Under the pieces are notes generated by a model. The model was not told the origin of the DNA and ran no database searches. It saw only the letters and a list, made by a program, of their open reading frames with translations. The translations under genes were made by a program, and so were the position numbers. A stretch of DNA of 32,000 bases, from the NCBI RefSeq assembly GCF_000025505.1, contig NC_013849.1, forward strand, positions 1,170,001 through 1,202,000. The letters run 5' to 3'. Each line of letters begins with the position of its first letter. The stretch's first letter is position 1. Shown here one piece after another: positions 9,651 to 18,728 of the stretch. This stretch comes from Ferroglobus placidus DSM 10642. GTDB taxonomy: Archaea > Halobacteriota > Archaeoglobi > Archaeoglobales > Archaeoglobaceae.

Positions 9651-10328
9651 CTACAAAAACAGAAATTGGTAAATGAGAATCGAGAAGAACTGGTAAGTCA
9701 GCAAGCTTTTTCCAACACCCTTCAAGCTTATCCTCTTTACCGCCAGAAACAGCAGTGCCGTTGCTATCAAAAACAGCCCGTAAGCTATCGTTGGGGAAAA
9801 TGAATAAATAAGAAGCAGAGTAAGAAAAGTTAGGGCGAGAGTTTTCTTGTTCTTATTCCTGTAAAGAACTAATGAGTAAGAGAATAAAACTACTAAGACT
9901 AAGAAGATCAAAGCTCTCAGAGTCGTGAAAAAGTCGATGGAAAAGTAGGCTGTTATAAGAGGAAAAGGAAAAGTCATAACGATTGATCCAATTCCGGTAA
10001 AAGCTCCTAAATTATCTTTAAATTTGATTTGAAGAGCCAATATAAGAGAATAAACGAGAATAAATGGGATAACGCTTTTATTGGTGACGGCAATAATCAT
10101 AAGGGAGAGGGTAAAGACGGCTGGAATCAACAAGCTCCTGTCAACTTTCCTTTCGGAAATTAATCCGTAAGCTGGCTCCACGGAGAAGAGGAATAAGGCT
10201 ACCACGAGAAAAATCAGAGGGTCGAAGCTCCTCGCTATTAGGAAGGCAAAACTCGTTGAAATCAGCCATATACTCCAGCTTCCGTGCATTCTCGGCAGCT
10301 TCAACACGTTAATATGTGCTCCCCTCAA
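9651..10328 (-). CDS. YwiC-like polytopic membrane protein
   Basis: N-terminus [19 protein letters not shown] resembles the YwiC-like family start; seven or so TM segments. Start may be the internal ATG (MHGSW) near 10289. Confidence 0.5.
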   Translation of the reverse strand: MRGAHINVLKLPRMHGSWSIWLISTSFAFLIARSFDPLIFLVVALFLFSVEPAYGLISERKVDRSLLIPAVFTLSLMIIAVTNKSVIPFILVYSLILALQIKFKDNLGAFTGIGSIVMTFPFPLITAYFSIDFFTTLRALIFLVLVVLFSYSLVLYRNKNKKTLALTFLTLLLIYSFSPTIAYGLFLIATALLFLAVKRISLKGVGKSLLTYQFFSILIYQFLFL

Positions 10329-10394
10329 CTCTTAATTGATTTCCCTAATAATTTCGTCGATAGCGTTTTATTTTTCCACGTCAATTCCAGACCG

Positions 10395-10844
10395 ATGAGA
10401 CCGAGTCTTGACGAGTATTTTATGGAAATAGCGAAAGTCGTTGCAAAACGATCCACGTGTTTAAGACAAAACGTCGGTGCTGTTATAGTGAAAGATAAAA
10501 GAATTCTCTCCACCGGCTACAACGGTGCTCCGATGGGTCTGCCTCATTGCTTGGACATAGGCTGTTTAAGAGAAGAGTTGAACGTTCCAAGCGGAGAGAG
10601 GCATGAGTTGTGTAGAGCCGTTCACGCTGAACAGAACGCTATAATACAGGCTGCCGTTCACGGGGTAAGTATAAAAGGTGCTACGCTCTACACGACTCAC
10701 CAACCCTGCATAATGTGTGCGAAAATGATAATCAACGCCGGAATAGTTAGAGTCGTTTATGGAAAGAGGTACGCTGACGAGAGGGGGTTGGAGTTTTTAA
10801 AAGAAGCCGGGATAAAAATAGATTACCTGCCGGTGGAGGAATAA
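10395..10844 (+). CDS. dCMP deaminase / ComEB-like cytidine deaminase
   Basis: HAEQNAII and [14 protein letters not shown] zinc deaminase motifs. Track start 10284 is too far upstream; ATG 10395 ([22 protein letters not shown]) fits the family. Confidence 0.9.
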   Translation: MRPSLDEYFMEIAKVVAKRSTCLRQNVGAVIVKDKRILSTGYNGAPMGLPHCLDIGCLREELNVPSGERHELCRAVHAEQNAIIQAAVHGVSIKGATLYTTHQPCIMCAKMIINAGIVRVVYGKRYADERGLEFLKEAGIKIDYLPVEE

Positions 10845-10900
10845 AATTTTAGATGTTTAAATTTCGGAAAATTTATATCATCGAATAAAGGAGTCTTGAT

Positions 10901-11365
10901 ATGGAAGAAAAACCGTCCGAAAAAGAAATCGTAAAAATTCTTCACGCTATTCTTTACGCTTTTGAAGCAGCAGTAGGAACTCCGGGAAGTAAAGTTCTAA
11001 TCCACGTTTCAAGAAAAATTCCCGAAATATTCGGAAAGTTCGGTTTTGATTTGAGAAAAGGGGAAAATCCGGAAGAAAGCGTTAAAAGACTTTTGAAGAT
11101 ACTCGAAGAAACCGGAATGCTGAAGGACACGGAATTTAAACGTATAGATGAGCAAACCTTCGAATTCAGGCTTGGTGAGTGCAGTTTGGCTGAATCAAAA
11201 GTTCACGATATCTTAAAGGAAGAGAAGGTGTTTTGTCCGTATTCAATAGCTGTAGCTGCAGTTTTAAGGGAAGCAACTGGAAGGGATGTTGTTTTGAGCG
11301 AATCGGAGCTGACAGAAAAGGGGAGCGTAACGAAGATGAGGCTTTATAAATACGTGGTGTTGTGA
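10901..11365 (+). CDS. Conserved hypothetical protein
   Basis: 154 aa ORF with SD-proximal ATG, coding-like composition, LGECSLAESKVHDILKEEKVFCPYSIAVAAVLREATGRDV. Confidence 0.7.
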   Translation: MEEKPSEKEIVKILHAILYAFEAAVGTPGSKVLIHVSRKIPEIFGKFGFDLRKGENPEESVKRLLKILEETGMLKDTEFKRIDEQTFEFRLGECSLAESKVHDILKEEKVFCPYSIAVAAVLREATGRDVVLSESELTEKGSVTKMRLYKYVVL

Positions 11366-11400
11366 GAAAAATTTTTCCCGACATTTAGAAATACTATAAT

Positions 11401-11700
11401 GTGAAGTGCCGCCACTGCGGAAGGTGCTGCCTGGAGATGGGGGCAAAGATATACGCAACCCCTTCGGACATAAACAGGTGGGTAAGGGAAGGGAGGAGCG
11501 ACATACTCAAGCACGTACTCGTTTATTCCTACTACGACATATTCTTAGGGGAAGTCGTTGAAGGAGGTGAGCTCTGGTTCGACGAATACGGAAACAAACT
11601 CGATAGGTGTCCGTTCATAGAAGAAAAAGAGGGGAAAATATTCTGCAAAATCCACGAAACCAAGCCAGAGCAGTGTAGAGAATACAAGTGCTGGGAGTAA
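11401..11700 (+). CDS. YkgJ-family zinc/iron-chelating domain protein
   Basis: CRHCGRCCLEMGAKIYATPSDINRWV...DRCPFIEEKEGKIFCKIHETKPEQCREYKCWE is the CxxCxxCC family signature. GTG start at 11401. Confidence 0.88.
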   Translation: MKCRHCGRCCLEMGAKIYATPSDINRWVREGRSDILKHVLVYSYYDIFLGEVVEGGELWFDEYGNKLDRCPFIEEKEGKIFCKIHETKPEQCREYKCWE

Positions 11701-11732
11701 ACTTTATAGCAGGAGGGGAGGGATGAAAAATT

Positions 11733-11798
11733 ATGCAGATGAGGGAAAAGTGCAAGGACTGCATGATATGCTTTAAGAACAGGAGAGACAAGAAATGA
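11733..11798 (+). CDS. Possible 21-aa microprotein MQMREKCKDCMICFKNRRDKK
   Basis: ATG 11733, stop TGA 11796-11798, overlapping ATG of the MBL-fold gene (ATGA). CxxCxxC motif. Below the ORF-track cut-off. Confidence 0.25.
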   Translation: MQMREKCKDCMICFKNRRDKK

Positions 11799-12679
11799 TC
11801 GACTTCCTCGACAACTTCGGAGTTCTCGTTTTCAGGAGAAAGAGAGGTAACTTTCTTCCCCACGTTACGATTAGAGTAGGAGACACGGATTTTCACGTCG
11901 ACAGCTATCCCGGAAAAGGGTTCAACATCATAACTCACGCTCATTCCGACCACTACGGTTTGAGAAACGTCCTAAATTTTAAAGCTGTAGCAAGCGAGGA
12001 GACTGCTAAGATTCTCTCCATAATAAGCGGGAGAAAATTCAGGGGAATAACTTTCAATGTGGGAGATAGGCTGAATTTGAACGGTGTTAAGATAAAAACC
12101 TACGACACCTCTCACATAATCGGCTCAGCCGCATTTTACTTCAAGGATTTTGACGTCCTCGTGACAGGAGATGTGAAGAATTACGAAGAGCTTCCAAAAT
12201 GCTCCTTGCTGATAACAGAAGCTACTTACGCCAACACGAACTACTGCTTCGAAGATGAGATAGACGTTTTCCTCGATAAAGCTGAGGAGGGAGAGGTTTT
12301 CGGAGCTTATCCGGTCGGAAAAGCTCAAAGAGCTGCAAAAATACTCGAAGAGAACGGAATCGGATTCGAGGCAGATGGGTTGATTGCGAAAATTGCCGAA
12401 GCTTTCGGGTTAAAAGGAAAAGGAGGAGCAAAAATAGTCTCCACGAAGGAAGTGAGGAAATACGACGGTTACTACCTGAGTGCCCAGAAATTTTACAGAA
12501 AGAGGATTACGCTAAGCGACCATCTCGATTGCAGGGGTTTGATTGAAATGATAGAGCACTGCGACCCGGAGCACGTAATTTTCTACCACGGGAAACCGGC
12601 GAAAAATTTTGAAAAAGAATTGAGAAGTAGGGGTTACAAATTTTCAACCCTCGATGACCTTGAGTACCTTTATCTGTAA
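11795..12679 (+). CDS. MBL-fold metallo-hydrolase (artemis/SNM1-like exonuclease style)
   Basis: THAHSDHYGLRNV, TYDTSHIIGSAAFYF, VTGDVKN, HCDPEHVIFYHG motifs. Confidence 0.82.
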   Translation: MIDFLDNFGVLVFRRKRGNFLPHVTIRVGDTDFHVDSYPGKGFNIITHAHSDHYGLRNVLNFKAVASEETAKILSIISGRKFRGITFNVGDRLNLNGVKIKTYDTSHIIGSAAFYFKDFDVLVTGDVKNYEELPKCSLLITEATYANTNYCFEDEIDVFLDKAEEGEVFGAYPVGKAQRAAKILEENGIGFEADGLIAKIAEAFGLKGKGGAKIVSTKEVRKYDGYYLSAQKFYRKRITLSDHLDCRGLIEMIEHCDPEHVIFYHGKPAKNFEKELRSRGYKFSTLDDLEYLYL

Positions 12680-12804
12680 ATTCTCACCCCCTTCGGAACG
12701 TAATTCGTGAATCCGCAATTGCTGCAAGCTAAATACGTAAACTCGCTGTCCTCCCCCACAACGACGAACCTTCCGTTACCGCAACTTGGACACATCCCCA
12801 CCAC
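12670..12804 (-). CDS. Unannotated 44-aa zinc-ribbon-like ORF (VVGMCPSCGNGRFVVVGEDSEFTYLACSNCGFTNYVPKGVRIYR); ATG version starts 12795
   Basis: Two CxxC knuckles 22 residues apart. Lies just downstream of the same-strand radical SAM gene, and its stop overlaps the convergent MBL gene's 3' end. Confidence 0.65.
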   Translation of the reverse strand: MVGMCPSCGNGRFVVVGEDSEFTYLACSNCGFTNYVPKGVRIYR

Positions 12805-12854
12805 CTTTGCAATGATAAATTATTATGGTTTTAAAAGGCTTTCGCTCGAAAACT

Positions 12855-13889
12855 TCAGGGGATTATTTCCGTGGTGTTTAAATATGGGGGATAAAGGGGG
12901 ATGCCGTAACCCTTTTCCTTCACTTCTACTCTAACTTTTTCGAGCTCTTCAACAAGTGTTCTCGTTAACTCGCAAAGCTTTTCGAACCCCCAGTCACCCC
13001 AGAGCCGTTCTCTGTTGGAGAACAAACATCTTGAGCCGCAAACGTTGAAAAGATCGCAAGATGGACAAGGTTCTAAAGGCTCGACTTTTCTCAAGCTCTT
13101 CGGATCGTCGTAGATCGTTCCGACGTTATTCCACTCAAGCTCCGAGCAAACGGGACAAGCGACGACCCTTCCGTCGGTCGTTACGGCAAAGCTTTCGCTT
13201 CCCGAACCGCAGGGAGGTTTTAACAAGTTTCCGTGCTCTAAACCGCTCAAAACTCCGGCGAAAGGTACAACTTTGAAAAAGATCTCTGGCTTCTCCTTCA
13301 GCTCGTTTACAAGCTTTCTCAAACCGAGTTTGTACTTTTCGCTCCACCTTTCAAAACTCTCTTTTCTTAACTCCCCCCAAATAGCATCTATTTGCCAGTG
13401 GATACGAGTGAACAAATTCAGCCTCAATAGATGCATGACATCCAAGTATATGTCGGTTTTATCGCTTGCCACCATTCGAGCTATCAATTCTCCCTCGTAA
13501 AATTTCTTCAGCCAGCTAACGTTCTCAAGAATTTTATCGTAAACCCTTCCTTTGTAAAATTCCGTAACGTTTTTTCTCCCGTCAATTGAAACGAGAATTG
13601 TTGAAAATCTCTTCAAGTAGTCTTTCCCGAGTTTTTTCAGCAAAAGTCCGTTCGTTTGAAGAACGTAGTGCTCAGCGTTTATCTTATCCATAACTTTTTT
13701 GACGAACTCAACGTTCAGTAACGGTTCCCCTCCGTAGAAGGCAATCGACGGATTTTTATCGCTCTCGATAAAGTTTACGAGATCTTCCAAGCGGTAAGTA
13801 ACGTCCATCGGCATGACGCTCTCATCCAATCCTCCGCAGTAAGCGCATTTCAGGTTGCATCTTGCGGTTGTGAACACTATAAACATCAT
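12855..13889 (-). CDS. Radical SAM / SPASM-like protein, putative peptide-modifying (AF0577-family-like)
   Basis: TTARCNLKCAYCGG (CxxxCxxC), FYGGEPLLN, C-terminal Cys cluster PCPSCDLFNVCGSRCLFS. Family assignment from memory. Confidence 0.8.
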   Translation of the reverse strand: MMFIVFTTARCNLKCAYCGGLDESVMPMDVTYRLEDLVNFIESDKNPSIAFYGGEPLLNVEFVKKVMDKINAEHYVLQTNGLLLKKLGKDYLKRFSTILVSIDGRKNVTEFYKGRVYDKILENVSWLKKFYEGELIARMVASDKTDIYLDVMHLLRLNLFTRIHWQIDAIWGELRKESFERWSEKYKLGLRKLVNELKEKPEIFFKVVPFAGVLSGLEHGNLLKPPCGSGSESFAVTTDGRVVACPVCSELEWNNVGTIYDDPKSLRKVEPLEPCPSCDLFNVCGSRCLFSNRERLWGDWGFEKLCELTRTLVEELEKVRVEVKEKGYGIPLYPPYLNTTEIIP

Positions 13890-14581
13890 ACTACCGTCTT
13901 AAGTCTGCCGAGTTCTCCCAGATAATAAACCTCATCCTCAACGGCGTAAACGTCTATCTTCATATCGAAGCTCAGCATCGGGCTTAGAAACTTGTCCGCA
14001 GTCAGAACATCGGTTCCAGAAGAAAGAGAAGATTGAGCCGGCAAGACCAAAATCTCTCTGTCGTTTCTTGCGTGAAGGAAGCACGGGTAAGAATAAACTG
14101 CTCCACCGTACCTAATCTTAACAGCCGGATGCTCGTGCCCCATAATTATTCTATCCCCCTCCACCTCTTTATGTCCGTGAACGACCTTCCACCCTTTGAT
14201 TCTAACTTCTTCCTTCAACTCCAAGCCGTATTTTGCAAGAATTGCCGGAAGGAAGTTGTCGTGATTTCCTCTAACAACCTCCAAGTCGACTTTGTCGCTG
14301 AGCTCCTCCAAAAATTCGCTCACGTCCTTCCATTCCAACGGCAAATTCCTTCCGAACTCGTGTTTGAGGTCTCCGGCAATAACAAGCTTCTTCACACCGT
14401 ACCTCTCAATTATTGTAAGAGTTCTTCCCATAACCTCTTCGAACTGAAGCTCCGGAATCGAGACACCTTTCTCAACCATGGCATTCTCTATGCCGAGGTG
14501 CAAGTCCGCAATAATAGCTACATTGCCAGCAATTGCCGCTCTTTCGGGAGTGAGCTTGAAGTCTTTCAACTTCATTCCCAA
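13886..14581 (-). CDS. Metallophosphoesterase (DNA repair/SbcD-related phosphoesterase type)
   Basis: IADLHLGIENAM, VIAGDLKHEF, VRGNHDN, GHKEV, GHEHPAV motifs. Overlaps the radical SAM start by 4 nt. Confidence 0.9.
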   Translation of the reverse strand: MGMKLKDFKLTPERAAIAGNVAIIADLHLGIENAMVEKGVSIPELQFEEVMGRTLTIIERYGVKKLVIAGDLKHEFGRNLPLEWKDVSEFLEELSDKVDLEVVRGNHDNFLPAILAKYGLELKEEVRIKGWKVVHGHKEVEGDRIIMGHEHPAVKIRYGGAVYSYPCFLHARNDREILVLPAQSSLSSGTDVLTADKFLSPMLSFDMKIDVYAVEDEVYYLGELGRLKTVV

Positions 14582-14626
14582 ATTATCTCGTGAAATCTTT
14601 ATATTAACATTGCCTCAGCAAGAACT

Positions 14627-15514
14627 ATGATTTCCTCAGCACCCGGAAAGGTCATAATCTTCGGAGAGCACGCTGTGGTTTACAAAAGAAGGGCTTTAGC
14701 TTCAGCCATAAATTTAAGATGTTACGTTAAAGCCGAAAAAAAAGACGATATTGAGATAATTTCCGAATACGGGAAAACGGGATTGGATTTTAGAGTTCAT
14801 CCATTCATTTCCCAGTCGATCGTGAACTTCAAAGAGGTTACGGACTTCAAAGGGGTAAGAGTGGAGGTGAGGAGCAAAATCCCTCCCGCTTCCGGACTCG
14901 GTAGCTCAGCTGCAGTCACCGTCGCTACTTTAACAGCTTTAAACGAGCTTTTTTCAACTTCTCTGACAAAAGATGAGATTTTCGAGCTTGCGAGAAAGGT
15001 TGAGCTTGACGTACAAGGAAAAGGGAGCGGAACCGATCCGTTCATCTCAACTTTCGGAGGAGCTTGGATATTTCCGGAAAGAAAAAAGGTTAACCCAAAG
15101 TTTACCAGGCTTTTCGTTTACGACACGAAAAAAAGATCAATAACAGCTGAGATGGTTGCTGGTGTTGCGGAGAGAAGAGAAATTTTTCCGGAAGTTTTCG
15201 AAAGAATTTTTGATGCAATTGATGCGATAACGCTCGAAGGAGCAGATCTCTTCGAAAAAGGAGAGGTTGAAAAGCTCGAAAAACTCTTTTTTATAAACCA
15301 AAAGTTGCTTTCAGCCATAGGCGTAAGCACGCCGGAAATAGATTCTCTCGTTGCAGAGCTTGAAAGAAGAGGTGTCTTCGCAAAAATTACCGGTGCCGGA
15401 GGAGGAGGGTGCTTAATTTCTCTAAAACCTTTTGAAGGTGCATTTGAAGTGAAAATAAACGAGGAGGGGGCGAGAGTTGAAGATTTTGAAGATTGGAGGT
15501 TCTTTGATAACTGA
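14627..15514 (+). CDS. mvk: Mevalonate kinase
   Basis: SAPGKVIIFGEHAVVYKRRALA, PPASGLGSSAAVTVATLTAL, KITGAGGGGCLISL (GHMP kinase motifs). Confidence 0.95.
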   Translation: MISSAPGKVIIFGEHAVVYKRRALASAINLRCYVKAEKKDDIEIISEYGKTGLDFRVHPFISQSIVNFKEVTDFKGVRVEVRSKIPPASGLGSSAAVTVATLTALNELFSTSLTKDEIFELARKVELDVQGKGSGTDPFISTFGGAWIFPERKKVNPKFTRLFVYDTKKRSITAEMVAGVAERREIFPEVFERIFDAIDAITLEGADLFEKGEVEKLEKLFFINQKLLSAIGVSTPEIDSLVAELERRGVFAKITGAGGGGCLISLKPFEGAFEVKINEEGARVEDFEDWRFFDN

Positions 15515-16193
15515 AAAGAGAGAAGGGGTATTCGAAGTTGCGAAGGAAAAGGAGATGGAGAGAATCGCAAGGATACTAAAAGGAGTTAGAGACGTCATAA
15601 TCGTTCACGGCGTCGGATCCTTCGGACACCCACACGTTAAAAAGTACGGCATAAGCGATGCGATGTCGATAACAAAAGTCCACAACGCATGCCTAAGGTT
15701 GAACGTAATGTTCTGCAGCTATTTAGAGAAGAACAACGTTAGCGTGTTCCCAATTCATCCGATAGAGTTTTTTCCGAGCCCAGACTTAAAAATGGTTGAA
15801 AAGCTTTTGAAGTTCGGCTTCGTCCCGGTTTTTCACGGAGACGTGATAATGGAAGGAGAGAAGTTCAGAGTTATTTCTGGTGATGAGATCGTTAGAATGC
15901 TTTCTGAGCATTTCAAGCCGGAGAAAGTTGGATTCGCTTCCGACAGCGAAATTATTTACAAAGGAGAAGTTGTGGAGGTCGTAAACGAGAAAAACTACCG
16001 AGAAATTCTGAAAGACTTGAGGGGAGCGGTGGGGAAGGATGACGTTACCGGAGGGATGCTCAACAAGTATCAGGAAGCTTTAAAAATTGCCAGGAACTGC
16101 GAAGTGTACATATTCAGCTTAGAGAATCTCGAAAAATTTATGAAAGACGAGATCGTTCCGACAAAAATTGAAAAAGGAAATTACAAGCTCTAA
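15477..16193 (+). CDS. ipk: Isopentenyl phosphate kinase
   Basis: MKILKIGGSLITEKR, VHGVGSFGHPHVKKYGI, DDVTGGMLNKYQEAL. Follows mvk with 38 nt overlap. Confidence 0.93.
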   Translation: MKILKIGGSLITEKREGVFEVAKEKEMERIARILKGVRDVIIVHGVGSFGHPHVKKYGISDAMSITKVHNACLRLNVMFCSYLEKNNVSVFPIHPIEFFPSPDLKMVEKLLKFGFVPVFHGDVIMEGEKFRVISGDEIVRMLSEHFKPEKVGFASDSEIIYKGEVVEVVNEKNYREILKDLRGAVGKDDVTGGMLNKYQEALKIARNCEVYIFSLENLEKFMKDEIVPTKIEKGNYKL

Positions 16194-16283
16194 ATATTTT
16201 TCAAATTTTATTTACAATTTGGTAATTTCAAAACCGATAAGCTTAAATATTATGATAACAATGATTAGCATAAGGAGTGTGAG

Positions 16284-16556
16284 GTGGTAGGGATGCTCGC
16301 CCTCGAAAAATGCGAGCCGTTAAAGATAGTTTCGAGGAAGGGTGTTTACGAGATCTTGCAAGCGATGAAGTACGAAGGGAAGAAGTTCTCCGAGCTGATG
16401 TTCATAACTAAGCTGAACCCGGGAATTCTCGACAGACACCTCAAGGCTCTGATGAAGTCCAAGTTGGTAGAGAAGGACGGCGGAATTTACAGGCTAACAG
16501 AAAAAGGAAAGAAAGCGGTTGAACTTCTCGAACAGCTCGTCAAAGCACTAAACTAA
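16284..16556 (+). CDS. Winged-helix transcriptional regulator
   Basis: VYEILQAMKYEGKKFSELMFITKLNPGILDRHLKALMKSKLVEKDGGIYRLTEKGKKAVELL; TATA-like CTTAAATATTAT upstream. Confidence 0.82.
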   Translation: MVGMLALEKCEPLKIVSRKGVYEILQAMKYEGKKFSELMFITKLNPGILDRHLKALMKSKLVEKDGGIYRLTEKGKKAVELLEQLVKALN

Positions 16557-17950
16557 AACTCCAAGGAGAATTTAATAGCTCTCGGAATCATTTCAATCAC
16601 GTCTTTAGCTGTAAAGTTAAAAGACTTTTCCTTCATCGCAAGATCTCCGGCTAAGCCAACGACGAAGGCTGAGGAGCAAGCGGCTTTAAAAGCCGGATTT
16701 TTCGCGAAGAAAGCCCCGCAAACTCCAGCCAGCACGTCCCCCGTTCCTCCCACGGTCATACCTTCGTTTCCCGTAACGTTAAACTTGATTTTCTCTCCGT
16801 CTGTAATCACGTCCTTCCTCCCCTTCAACAGCAAAACAGCTTTACTCGATTTTGCTTCCTCTTTCACATTCTCAACCGTCGCCTCTTTCCCGAAAACTCT
16901 TTTGAATTCTCCGGCGTGAGGAGTTAAAATCGCCTCGCAAAACACCTTAGATGTCAACCCTCCGGCGTCGAGAACAATTTTTTTAACCTTCTTAGAAATC
17001 TCCGTAGCTATTTCTCCTTTATCTACCGTCCCCATTCCGAAAACTACAACATCGTGTTTCTCAGCAAATCTCAAAATTTCTGCAATATTTTCTTCGGTGA
17101 TTTCCTCTCCCCTTAGTTTTCTCGTAATGATCTCCGGGGAAAAGCTTGCGGCAATTTCGTAAATGCTTTCCGGAACTAGAAGCGTAACAATATCCGCTCC
17201 GGCAGCGTAAGCTGCGAGAGCCGTTAAAACCGGAGCGCCGATGTAAGGTGAGCCACCGACGACGAGAACCCTTCCGTGCTGACCTTTATGGGCGTTGGGG
17301 TCCCTTCTGTAAGAGATTTTTACATCTCCCGGACCGGTAAGCTTCTCGAAATACTCTGGAATTCCGATATCCGCAACAATTACATCTCCGCAGATTTCCT
17401 TTGCTTTGTACAACCCCGGTTTCGGTTTGTGGAACGTGACGGTTAGGTCCGCTTTAAAAGCCAAGTCAAACTCCCCGGTGTCCGGATTTAAGCCCGAAGG
17501 AATATCTATCGCTACTTTAAAAGCTTTTATCTCGTTCATTTTTTCTATAGCCTCTCTGTAATCTTTTCTCAGCTTTCCTCTAACTCCCGTTCCGAGCAAA
17601 CCGTCCAAAACCACATCGCACTCGATTTCTTCATCAATCCACTCGTGAAAAGTTTTCACTTCGTATCCGGCTCTTTTCAGAATTTCGAAATTCTTTTTCG
17701 TTTCTTCCGTTCTGAAATCCTCCCTCATTAGGAAAATTTTCACGTCAAATTCCTTAAGATGTCTCGCTGCGACGAAAGCGTCTCCTGCATTATTTCCGGT
17801 CCCGGCAAAAACAGCAACGCTTCCCCCCTTTATCCTCTTCTTAACCTCTTCAGCCACAGCCCTTCCAGCGTTTTCCATAAGCTGGAGAGTCGTTAAGCCG
17901 TAATATCTGCAGTTGGTGTCCAAAGCAAACATCTCTTCACTCGTTATCAT
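16553..17950 (-). CDS. nnr: Bifunctional NAD(P)H-hydrate epimerase / ADP-dependent dehydratase
   Basis: N-terminal GTGNNAGDAFVAARHL and DGLLGTGVRG; C-terminal GGSPYIGAPVLTALAA, TPHAGEFKRVF, GTGDVLAGVCGAF. Confidence 0.95.
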   Translation of the reverse strand: MITSEEMFALDTNCRYYGLTTLQLMENAGRAVAEEVKKRIKGGSVAVFAGTGNNAGDAFVAARHLKEFDVKIFLMREDFRTEETKKNFEILKRAGYEVKTFHEWIDEEIECDVVLDGLLGTGVRGKLRKDYREAIEKMNEIKAFKVAIDIPSGLNPDTGEFDLAFKADLTVTFHKPKPGLYKAKEICGDVIVADIGIPEYFEKLTGPGDVKISYRRDPNAHKGQHGRVLVVGGSPYIGAPVLTALAAYAAGADIVTLLVPESIYEIAASFSPEIITRKLRGEEITEENIAEILRFAEKHDVVVFGMGTVDKGEIATEISKKVKKIVLDAGGLTSKVFCEAILTPHAGEFKRVFGKEATVENVKEEAKSSKAVLLLKGRKDVITDGEKIKFNVTGNEGMTVGGTGDVLAGVCGAFFAKNPAFKAACSSAFVVGLAGDLAMKEKSFNFTAKDVIEMIPRAIKFSLEF

Positions 17951-18077
17951 AGAAGAGAGTTTCTTCGAAATTTAATAAGTATGTTGGAATAACGAATTGT
18001 TAATTTCCAAAAGATAAATACTTTTTTGTCGCATTTCAATCGAATATTTTTTATTTATTGAACGCATTATTCGAAAC

Positions 18078-18728
18078 ATGCACTACAGCGAACTCGTCAA
18101 GATCCTTTCGTCAGACGACGTGAGGAATCTCTTTATGTACTCCTCTTTTAAATACTCATTTTCGATTTTTACCGACATGCTCAAAGAAGTTAAAAGTAGA
18201 GTGAACCTGATAGTTTTCGGAGAAAGCCTTCAAAGAAAGCTCAAAAAATCCTACGAAAACTACGTTAAAGCCCATCCAGAAGATAGAAAACTTTTCGACG
18301 ACGTTAAGATTTTCAAAGTTGGGAAAAACAACGAAATACCTTTTGGAGAGCTCTATTCGAGCGTTATAATGACCTCTCCTTCAGAAATAGGCGTTTCTCT
18401 TCTAAATTTCCTTGAAGGAATGGATAACGAGCACGTATTCGTTTTCGGGGCGACGACTCTAATGGAACTTTTTGAGGACGACGGCTACGACATGATCGTA
18501 CAAATGTTCGATTACGTTAGGAACAGCTCCTTTCACGTCTTCGTTCCCGTCGAAATCGAAAACTACGATAAAAGCGTCTTCCTCAAGAAGTACTTCGACC
18601 ACATAATAAAGCTCAGAAACAGCGGGGGAAAAGTTCTGTTAGAGGTCAAAAACAACGTCTTTTCAACTTTCCCGGACTACGTTTCCTTCGAACTAAGCCT
18701 AATAGACGGCAAGTTTAAGGAGGTTTAG
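18078..18728 (+). CDS. Hypothetical protein
   Basis: 216 aa ORF with TATA-like AAGATAAATA upstream, soluble alpha/beta composition, no recognised motif. Confidence 0.7.
   Translation: MHYSELVKILSSDDVRNLFMYSSFKYSFSIFTDMLKEVKSRVNLIVFGESLQRKLKKSYENYVKAHPEDRKLFDDVKIFKVGKNNEIPFGELYSSVIMTSPSEIGVSLLNFLEGMDNEHVFVFGATTLMELFEDDGYDMIVQMFDYVRNSSFHVFVPVEIENYDKSVFLKKYFDHIIKLRNSGGKVLLEVKNNVFSTFPDYVSFELSLIDGKFKEV

Noticed and set aside
9438-9803. 121-aa + strand ORF
   Set aside because: Overlaps the 3' end of the copB-like ATPase and the opposite membrane protein gene; no motif and shadow-like composition.
12707-12934. 75-aa + strand ORF
   Set aside because: Antisense to the better-supported four-Cys minus-strand ORF and to the end of the radical SAM gene.
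14033-14593. 186-aa + strand ORF
   Set aside because: Antisense to the metallophosphoesterase with all catalytic motifs.
15118-15570. 150-aa minus-strand ORF
   Set aside because: Ser/Pro-rich antisense shadow of mevalonate kinase.
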